Part shown: positions 35,453 through 45,108 of the stretch, piece by piece
Numbering within the stretch: position 1 is the first letter of the stretch
How the letters are laid out: each line of letters opens with the position of its first letter
Origin: Streptomyces sp.
Lineage (GTDB): Bacteria; Actinomycetota; Actinomycetes; Streptomycetales; Streptomycetaceae
Direction: 5' to 3'
Assembly: GCF_036524955.1 (NCBI RefSeq)
Contig: NZ_DATDBG010000178.1
Coordinates: 2,606-66,605, forward strand
DNA length: 64,000 nt
The notes under the pieces: model-generated
Seen by the model: the letters and a program-made list of their open reading frames with translations, nothing else
What the model was told of the DNA's origin: nothing
Databases searched by the model: none
Translations under genes and position numbers: made by a program

Positions 35453-36469
35453 ATGACTGTCGCCATCGCGCCGCTGACCTCCGAGCACATACCCCTGGCC
35501 GCTCAGCGGTACGACCGCTGGTTCGCCCGCGCCCGCCGCCCCCCGTCGCAGCGGTCCTGGCTGGCCGACGGCCCGGTGCGCGGCGAGGAACTGCTCGGCA
35601 GGCTGCACGCCGTCCCGGGCCTGGAAGCCTGCCGCGCCCTGGACGGCGACGGCGGTCTGATCGGGCACCTGGCCGCCGTACCGGTCGATCTCGCCCCCGA
35701 CGTCCCGGCCGGCCTGCAGAGCCACCCGCGCTCGGCCCTGATCCCGCACGGCGGCCACGCGCTGCCCGCCGGCCGGGAGAGCGAGGTGCTGCGCTCCCTG
35801 TACGCCCGCGTCGCCGAACGCCTGGTCGCCGACCGGCGGTTGGTCCACTACGTCGAGGTGCCGGCCGGCGAGACCGCCACCGCCCCGTGGTTCGACCTCG
35901 GCTTCGGCCGGGAACTGGTCCATGGCCTGATGGCGGTCAAGGCCCGAGGCCGGCAGCCGCGCGGCGTCGAAGGGCTCGGCATCCGCCGCGCGGGCCCCGG
36001 CGACCTGCCGCAGATCGGCCGGATGGCCGCCGAGTCCGCGCGCCGCCGGCGCGAGACCGCGATGTTCCAGCCGCAGCCCGAGGGTGCGCTCGCCGCACTG
36101 CGCCTGCACTACGCCGGAATGCTCGACGACCCGCGCTGCGGCGCGTGGATCGCCTCGCGCCGGGGCGAGGAGATCGGCATGGTGCTGCTCCTGCCCGCCA
36201 CGCCCGACCCGGTGGTCCCCGAGTCCTGCGTCGAGCTCGTCGAGGCGTACGTCGCGCCCGCCGCCCGCGGTGAGGGGATCAGCCGGGTGCTGCTGGCCAC
36301 CGCGCTCGCCTGGGCGTACGACCACGGGCACCGCTACATCTCGGCCCGGTGGCACTCCGCCTCGCCGCTGGCCGCGGGGCACTGGCCGGCCGTCGGCTTC
36401 CGGCCGGTCGCGTACCGGCTCAGCCGCACGCTGGACGCGCGCATCGGCGGTGCGCCGGGGAGCTACTGA
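35453..36469 (+). CDS. GNAT-family N-acetyltransferase (two-domain)
   Basis: C-terminal VELVEAYVAPAARGEGISRVLLATALAWAYDHG is an acetyl-CoA-binding motif A-like segment. Start at ATG 35453. Confidence 0.6.
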   Translation: MTVAIAPLTSEHIPLAAQRYDRWFARARRPPSQRSWLADGPVRGEELLGRLHAVPGLEACRALDGDGGLIGHLAAVPVDLAPDVPAGLQSHPRSALIPHGGHALPAGRESEVLRSLYARVAERLVADRRLVHYVEVPAGETATAPWFDLGFGRELVHGLMAVKARGRQPRGVEGLGIRRAGPGDLPQIGRMAAESARRRRETAMFQPQPEGALAALRLHYAGMLDDPRCGAWIASRRGEEIGMVLLLPATPDPVVPESCVELVEAYVAPAARGEGISRVLLATALAWAYDHGHRYISARWHSASPLAAGHWPAVGFRPVAYRLSRTLDARIGGAPGSY

Positions 36470-36807
36470 CCATAGGTCAGGCGAATCGCCAATTAATGGG
36501 CTAATTCGGGCATTTCGGAGTGGCATGCCTCACTGTGTGTCCGGGAGGTGAGCGGCATCACGCCGGGAACACGGACTGCTGTCCCAAGAGCACCCGTGGT
36601 GTGCGTTCCGGGTGATTTGTCACCCGATCGCGCGGCGCGGTGCACCGACAGTGAGGCGCGCTGATACGCGGCGCTGGGGACGCATGACGATGAGTGAGCG
36701 CAGGGCGGTGGGGAGAAGTGCGGGCGGATGCGGCTGGTTGCCCGCGAATCGGGCAGTCGTCTAGCTTCCTGTGCCGCGGGCCGGAAGCCCGCTCCCTCCC
36801 TCGGGCG

Positions 36808-37026
36808 GATCGCCGAATCCTGCCGCCGCCCGGATCCCGCACACGGATCACTCAAGCACCCACCCGGCAGGAGCGGGGGACCCAGGTAAGCCGCCGTCCC
36901 GTAACACCGGACGGCTCGGGGTGAAGTCGCGGCACCACGCGCGCAGCGCTCGGCAACCGACGCGCCGGCGCGCCACCGTGACCGGGCATCTCCTGCCCGA
37001 ACCCGACAGCTCACCTCGCAGGCGTA
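36808..37026 (+). ncRNA. c-di-AMP riboswitch (ydaO/yuaA class)
   Basis: CGCCGAATCCTGCCG...CGGCAGGAGCGGGGGACCCAGG...CTCGGGGTGAAG...GCCCGAACCCGACAGCTCACCTCGCAGGCG matches the conserved ydaO cores. It ends 3 nt before the GGAGAGGA RBS of the LysM-M23 gene. Confidence 0.75.
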
Positions 37027-37043
37027 GGAGAGGACATCCCCCC

Positions 37044-37991
37044 ATGCCCGCACAGGGACAGCACCGCAAGCCCCGCCTGAACCGTCTCACCCGCATCTGC
37101 CTCGCGGCCGGCACCGGTGGCGCCGCCCTCGCGCTGCCGCTGGCCGCCGCGGGCCACGCGTCCGCCGCCGAACCGGCCAAGGCCGCACCCGCCGTCGCCC
37201 CGCAGAAGACCGCCGAGGCGGCCCCCGCCTCCGCCCCGCACGCCGCCAAGGCCGAGCGGTACAAGGTCGTCCGCGGCGACTCGCTGGCGAAGATCGCCGA
37301 CACCCACCGCGTGAGCGGCGGCTGGCACCGGCTCTACGCCGACAACAAGCAGGTCATCGGCGCCAACCCGAACGTCATCCGCCCCGGTCAGTACCTCACG
37401 CTGAACGGCGCCGCCGCGCCCGGTCCCGCCGCGGCTCCGGCTCCGGCGAAGACGGCGGCTCCGGCCACGAAGGCCGCGCCCGCGCCGACGGCCGCACCGG
37501 CGAAGAAGCCCGCCGCCCCGGCGCCGACGACGGCCGCACCCGTCAAGAAGGCCGCCACTGTGCAGCAGGCGTCCGCCTCCACCACCTCCGGCTACACCAA
37601 GCCGGTCGACGGTCCCATCGGCACCCCGTACCACGCGGCCGGCGCCAACTGGTCCAGCGGTTACCACACCGGCGTGGACTTCGTCGTCGGCACCGGCACC
37701 CCGGTGCACGCCATCGCGGCCGGCACGGTGGTCTCCGCCGGTTACGACGGCGCCTACGGCAACGAGGTCGTCGTCCGGCACGCCGACGGCAAGTACAGCC
37801 AGTACGCCCACTTCTCGCAGGTGTCCGTCTCCGCGGGGCAGTCGGTCACCGCCGGTCAGCAACTGGGCCTGTCCGGCGCCACCGGCAACGTCACCGGCCC
37901 GCACCTGCACTTCGAGGTGCGCACCACGCCGAGCTACGGCTCGGACATCGACCCCGTCGCCTACCTGCGCGCGCACGGCGTCGGCATCTGA
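37044..37991 (+). CDS. Secreted LysM + M23 (LytM-type) peptidoglycan endopeptidase
   Basis: Signal LTRICLAAGTGGAALALPLAAAGHASA. LysM YKVVRGDSLAKIAD...IRPGQYLTL. Pro/Ala linker. M23 motifs HTGVDF and HLHFEV. Confidence 0.85.
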   Translation: MPAQGQHRKPRLNRLTRICLAAGTGGAALALPLAAAGHASAAEPAKAAPAVAPQKTAEAAPASAPHAAKAERYKVVRGDSLAKIADTHRVSGGWHRLYADNKQVIGANPNVIRPGQYLTLNGAAAPGPAAAPAPAKTAAPATKAAPAPTAAPAKKPAAPAPTTAAPVKKAATVQQASASTTSGYTKPVDGPIGTPYHAAGANWSSGYHTGVDFVVGTGTPVHAIAAGTVVSAGYDGAYGNEVVVRHADGKYSQYAHFSQVSVSAGQSVTAGQQLGLSGATGNVTGPHLHFEVRTTPSYGSDIDPVAYLRAHGVGI

Positions 37992-38039
37992 CACCGGTCA
38001 AGAAACGCCCGCCCGTCCGCCGGTACCCGGCGGGCAACC

Positions 38040-38072
38040 GTGCCCGCCCGGCCTTCAGCGCCGGGCGGGCAC
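38040..38072. terminator. 13-bp GC hairpin between the convergent M23 and rho-like genes
   Basis: GTGCCCGCCCGGC (38040-38052) pairs with GCCGGGCGGGCAC (38060-38072). Confidence 0.55.
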
Positions 38073-38123
38073 ACCCCTGCCTCCGCCCCGGCCGCCCCGG
38101 ACGGGCGGCCCCGCGCCGGCCGC

Positions 38124-39278
<1,155 letters not shown>

Positions 39279-39489
39279 GAATGGGTCGTCCTTTCACGGA
39301 CGGAGATGAGAAAGCACGGCGCACGGGCTCGCGGCGGGAGCGGACGTGTCACGCCCCGCGTACCGCGAGGAACCACCGGCGACCGGTGCGAGAAACCTGA
39401 GAGTGCGCAGACTCCGAAAGAAATGCGAAACAGGGAGCTGGTGCCAGTAGAAAGGCACAGACTCATGCGTCCCTGACTACATTTTAGCA

Positions 39490-39963
39490 CACGTTGCGTG
39501 GCCTCGCGGTCACTCCACCCCGAAGCCTGTTCCCGAACCAGCTCCACCAGGCCGCCCGGTCCCGCGTGCTCCTTCCCACCGGGGACGAAATCCCAGTTCC
39601 CGCCGGCCCGCCGACGGAAGGAGCCGACGAGTGCGGTCTCGCCGGGGCGTCCGCCGGAGGCGTCGAGGCGGTCCGCCTCGGTGCCCGTGGGATCGGTGTG
39701 CCGGATACGCGCGTCGGAGAACCGGGACGGTCGGCGTCCGGGCCGGCCGCCGGGTCGACGGCGGCCACCAGCACCACCCGGTGCGCCCGGGACGGCAGCC
39801 GGTCGAAGTCCACCCGGATCGCGGCACTGTCCTCGCCGAGGGCGGGCATCGTCCGCACACGACGGCTCCTGCGGAAGCCTTCCTTGTCCGACGGGGCGGA
39901 GCACACGGTCAGCGTCAACTGCCGGGCAGCCGGGGCGTACTGCCGACCGCACGGCCACGTCAC
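39490..39963 (-). pseudogene. TerD-domain remnant, apparently N-terminally truncated and frameshifted
   Basis: One frame gives GEDSAAIRVDFDRLPSRAHRVVLVAAVD (like GDDE..I.VDL..VP...IVF). Around 39715-39730 the TerD-like continuation RFSDARIRHTDPTGTEADRLDASG...ETALVGSFRRRAGGNWDFVPGG appears in a different frame. Confidence 0.4.
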
Positions 39964-40048
39964 CGCCTTGCCGGTACCGGCCCGGCACCGCCCCCGGTAC
40001 CGGCCGCCGCCCCCGTCCGTACCGGCACCCCTGCCGCGGGAACCTCGG

Positions 40049-41338
40049 TCAGCCTTTCTTCCCCGAGCCGCCCCGGCGGCGCAGCAGCAGCACCGAGACG
40101 GCCGCGGCCAGCGCCAGCGCGCCGCCGATGTACCAGGCGGTGGCCGACGCGTTCGCCGCGCGGGCGGTGGCCGGATCCGGTGTGGACGGGCTCGGCGTCG
40201 GACGGACTGCGGCGCCGCCCGGTGTGCCGTGGAAGGCGGCCGGGACGGCGTTGAGGGTGCCGACCGACGTGGTGCGGCCGGCCGCGCTGAAGCCCCAGTC
40301 GAGGAGTTCGGCCGCCTCGCGGTAGGCGGCCTGCCGGTCGCCGGACTCCGGTTTCATCACCGTGGCGATCAGCGTACGGTCGCCGCGCCGAGCGGCGGCG
40401 ACCAGCGTGTGGCCCGCGTTCGTGGTGTAACCGTTCTTCACGCCGACGATCCCCGGATACGGCGTCACGCCGTCCGCCCCGGTGATCAGCCGGTTGGTGT
40501 TCTGGATGTCGTACGACCGCACGCACGTGCCGCGCAGGTCGCAGCCGCCGGGAAACCGCGCGGTCGCCGTCGAGGCGTACTCCGCGAAGTCGCGGTCGGC
40601 CAGACCCGCGCGGGCGAAGACCGCCAGGTCGTACGCGGACGACACCTGCCCGGGCTGGTCGTAGCCGTCCGGGGAGACGACCTGCGTGTCGTACGCGCCC
40701 AGCATCTCCGCCTTGGCCTGCATCTGGGCGACGGTGCGCGGCACCGACCCGTTCATGTGCGCCAAAACGTGCACGGCGTCGTTGCCCGAACTGAGGAAGA
40801 CCCCGCGCCACAGGTCGGCGACGGTGTACGACTGACCGGGAACGACGCCGACCAAGCTGCTGCCCGCCCCGACGTCCGCCAGTTCGGCCTCGGTGACCTT
40901 GTGGACGGTCCCGCGCGGGAAGCGCGGGAGCACGGTGACCGCGAACAGCGTCTTCAAGGTGGAGGCCGGCGGCAGTCTGAGGTGCGCGTTCTTCGCGGCC
41001 AGCACCTGTCCGGTGCGGGCGTCCGACACCAGCCACGACAGCGCGGTCAGCCCGGACGGCAGGTCGGGTGTACGGGCCTGCGGCCGTACCTGGACACCGG
41101 GCCTGGCCAGCAGCGCACCACCCGCGGTGACCGCCGACGCGGCGGCCGAACCGGACGAGCGGTGCCCGTCACCGTCGCCGCCGTCGCCGGACGAGGCCCC
41201 GGCGGTGGCAGGCGGCACGGCCAGGCAGCAGACGACGGCCAGCGCGGCGGTACGGGTGTACGTACGCGTACGGGTGCGGGTCCGCGTACCGCCACGGGCG
41301 GGCACCGAGCGGGGCAGCGGGCGACGGAAGGCAGTCAT
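40049..41338 (-). CDS. D-alanyl-D-alanine carboxypeptidase (S11 low-MW PBP) with a C-terminal membrane anchor
   Basis: SxxK (ASTLK), SxN (SSGND), KTG-like VKNGYT. Start at ATG 41338 (MTAFRRPLP...). C-terminal ALALAAAVSVLLLRRRGG. Confidence 0.85.
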   Translation of the reverse strand: MTAFRRPLPRSVPARGGTRTRTRTRTYTRTAALAVVCCLAVPPATAGASSGDGGDGDGHRSSGSAAASAVTAGGALLARPGVQVRPQARTPDLPSGLTALSWLVSDARTGQVLAAKNAHLRLPPASTLKTLFAVTVLPRFPRGTVHKVTEAELADVGAGSSLVGVVPGQSYTVADLWRGVFLSSGNDAVHVLAHMNGSVPRTVAQMQAKAEMLGAYDTQVVSPDGYDQPGQVSSAYDLAVFARAGLADRDFAEYASTATARFPGGCDLRGTCVRSYDIQNTNRLITGADGVTPYPGIVGVKNGYTTNAGHTLVAAARRGDRTLIATVMKPESGDRQAAYREAAELLDWGFSAAGRTTSVGTLNAVPAAFHGTPGGAAVRPTPSPSTPDPATARAANASATAWYIGGALALAAAVSVLLLRRRGGSGKKG

Positions 41339-41709
41339 GCGATCACCGTAGAAACGCCCGACCCGCCCGGCACGACGGCGCGACCCATCCGGATGAGGCC
41401 GCACCGTGCGGGTGAACGCGGATGGCCGTACCGCACGTGACATCGCGTCATCCGCGGACCCCGGGGGCCTGACGTGCCGTCCGCCCGGCACCCGTCCGGC
41501 CGCTGACCGGCCGTCATCCGGCCGTCATCCGGGCGGCGGCCCGTCCGGCCCGCGGGTGCCCGGACCCCGCCCCGGCGGCGAGGGCGTACCGCCCGGTACG
41601 GAACGCGCGTTCGTTCCGCCGCCCGTCGGCCGCGCCGAGCCGCACCCCGCCGAGCGGAGCCGCACCCGGCCGACCGGCTGATCGAGGACATCCGTTCCGC
41701 CGTCCGTGA

Positions 41710-43182
<1,473 letters not shown>

Positions 43183-43191
43183 GGCAGCGGC

Positions 43192-43905
43192 TCAAGGGGC
43201 CACGCACGTCGGCCGGCCGGGCGCGGGGGGCCCGGCGTTCGCGTACGCCGTCAGCAGCGGCAGCGTGGCGCTCAGCCAGCAGGCGGCGAAGAGCCAGCCA
43301 CCGAGCACGTCGGTGGGCCAGTGCACGCCCAGGTACACGCGCGTGCAGCCGACGGCGACCGCGATCAGCACGCACGACGCCGCCGCGACCCGCCCGGCGG
43401 CGGGTCCCAGCGCGCGCAGCAGCCCCCACGCGAGGAGGCCGGCGGCCAGCGCGCTGGACGAGGTGTGCCCGGACGGGAAGGCGTGGCCCGAGGCGAAGGC
43501 CGCCCAGTCCGCGGCGGGCGGCCGGGACCGGTGCAGGGTCAGCATCAGCACCATGCGGACGGCCTGTCCCGCGAGCAGCACGGCCGCCGCGAGCAGCGCC
43601 CCCGCCACCCGGTGCCTGACCGTGCTTCCGGCCAGCCAGCCGCCGAGCGCCGCCGCCAACGGCGGAAAGGGGCCGGTGCCCGAGTCGGTGACGATCCGGG
43701 CGGTGGTGGCCATAGCGTGCGGCCGGTGCGCGACCGACCAGCGGTGCGGACCGGTGTCGAGGGAGTGCGGAACGCCGTGCCCGGCCAGGACGAACCAGGC
43801 CAGCAGCGCGAAGGCCGCGGCGGACACAACCGGGAGCAGCAGCCGGAACCAGGCCGGGCCGGTCGGCGGGCTGGGACGGCGGCTCGCAGAGCGGCGGTCG
43901 GTCAT
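43192..43905 (-). CDS. PAP2-family membrane phosphatase (candidate undecaprenyl-PP / lipid phosphate phosphatase)
   Basis: PAP2 motifs RSRPP, PSGH and RVYLGVHWPTD. Start at ATG 43905. The rest of ORF 43192..44574 is a shadow. Confidence 0.8.
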   Translation of the reverse strand: MTDRRSASRRPSPPTGPAWFRLLLPVVSAAAFALLAWFVLAGHGVPHSLDTGPHRWSVAHRPHAMATTARIVTDSGTGPFPPLAAALGGWLAGSTVRHRVAGALLAAAVLLAGQAVRMVLMLTLHRSRPPAADWAAFASGHAFPSGHTSSSALAAGLLAWGLLRALGPAAGRVAAASCVLIAVAVGCTRVYLGVHWPTDVLGGWLFAACWLSATLPLLTAYANAGPPAPGRPTCVAP

Positions 43906-43965
43906 GGGGTGAGATGCGCCTTTCCCGGTGAGCGCGCGCGAGGCCCGCCCGGCCGACAGCGAGAC

Positions 43966-43983
43966 GTCTACAAAACTGTAGAC
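43966..43983. promoter_or_regulatory. Perfect palindrome GTCTACA-AAAC-TGTAGAC upstream of the PAP2 gene
   Basis: 61-78 nt upstream of the PAP2 start. Shares GACGTCTACA-N4-TGTAG with the site at 53261-53279. Confidence 0.4.
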
Positions 43984-44024
43984 AGAGTACGCCGGGGCCG
44001 CGGGGCCGTGCCGCACCGGGTGGG

Positions 44025-45029
44025 TTACGGCCGCTGCGCCGGTACGCTGTCGTGGACGCGCTTGGGGTCGGTGACGGCGACCGGGGCGAGCGTCTCCTCG
44101 ATCCGGGACATCAGGTCCGCGTCCAGCCGTACGCCCGCCGCCTTGACGTTCTCGGCGACCTGCGCCGGGCGGGAGGCGCCGACGATGGCCGCCGACACGT
44201 TCGGGTTCTGCAGCACCCAGGCGACGGCGAGCTGCGCCATGGTCAGGCCCGCCTCGGCGGCCAGTGGCTGGAGCGCCTGCACCCGTACCAGCAGCTCGTC
44301 GCGCAGGTAGCGGCCGATCATGTCCGCGCCGCCCTTGTCGTCGGTGGCCCGCGAACCCTCCGGCGGCTGCTGCCCGGGCTGGTACTTGCCGGTGAGCACG
44401 CCCTGCGCGATCGGCGAGAACACCACCTGTCCGATGCCCAGCTCCTCGCAGGCGGGCACGACCTCGCCCTCGATGATCCGCCACAGTGCCGAGTACTGCG
44501 GCTGGTTCGAGACGAGCGGGACGCGCAGTTCGCGGGCGAGCGCGTGCCCGCGGCGGATCTGGTCGGCCGTCCACTCCGAGACGCCGATGTAGTGCGCCTT
44601 GCCCGCGTGCACGATGTCGGCGAACGCCTCCATCGTCTCCTCCAGCGGCGTGAACCGGTCGTAGCGGTGCGCCTGGTAGAGGTCGACGTGGTCCGTCTGG
44701 AGCCGGCGCAGCGAGTTGTCGATGGACTCCATGACGTGCTTGCGCGACAGGCCCCGGTCGTTGCGACCGGGGCCTGTCGGCCAGAACACCTTGGTGAAGA
44801 TCTCCAGACCCTCGCGGCGCTCACCCTTCAGCGCCCGGCCGAGCACCGACTCGGCGCGGGTCTGCGCGTAGACATCGGCTGTGTCGAAGGTGGTGACGCC
44901 CGCGTCCAGCGCCGCGCGGACGCACGCGGTCGCCGAGTCCTCCTCGACCTGGGAGCCGTGGGTGAGCCAGTTGCCGTACGCGATCTCGCTGACGATCAGG
45001 CCGCTGCGGCCGAGGTGACGGTATTCCAT
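44025..45029 (-). CDS. Aldo/keto reductase (Kv-beta-like subfamily)
   Basis: MEYRHLGRSGLIVSEIAYGNW..., FDTADVYA, HYIGVSEW. Confidence 0.9.
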   Translation of the reverse strand: MEYRHLGRSGLIVSEIAYGNWLTHGSQVEEDSATACVRAALDAGVTTFDTADVYAQTRAESVLGRALKGERREGLEIFTKVFWPTGPGRNDRGLSRKHVMESIDNSLRRLQTDHVDLYQAHRYDRFTPLEETMEAFADIVHAGKAHYIGVSEWTADQIRRGHALARELRVPLVSNQPQYSALWRIIEGEVVPACEELGIGQVVFSPIAQGVLTGKYQPGQQPPEGSRATDDKGGADMIGRYLRDELLVRVQALQPLAAEAGLTMAQLAVAWVLQNPNVSAAIVGASRPAQVAENVKAAGVRLDADLMSRIEETLAPVAVTDPKRVHDSVPAQRP

Positions 45030-45108
45030 GGTGATCGACTCTAGATCGTCACCCCGGTCGCGGCGAGCCGCGGTCAGGAGGCGCTCGGCAGGGGACCCGG
45101 GAGGCCGC

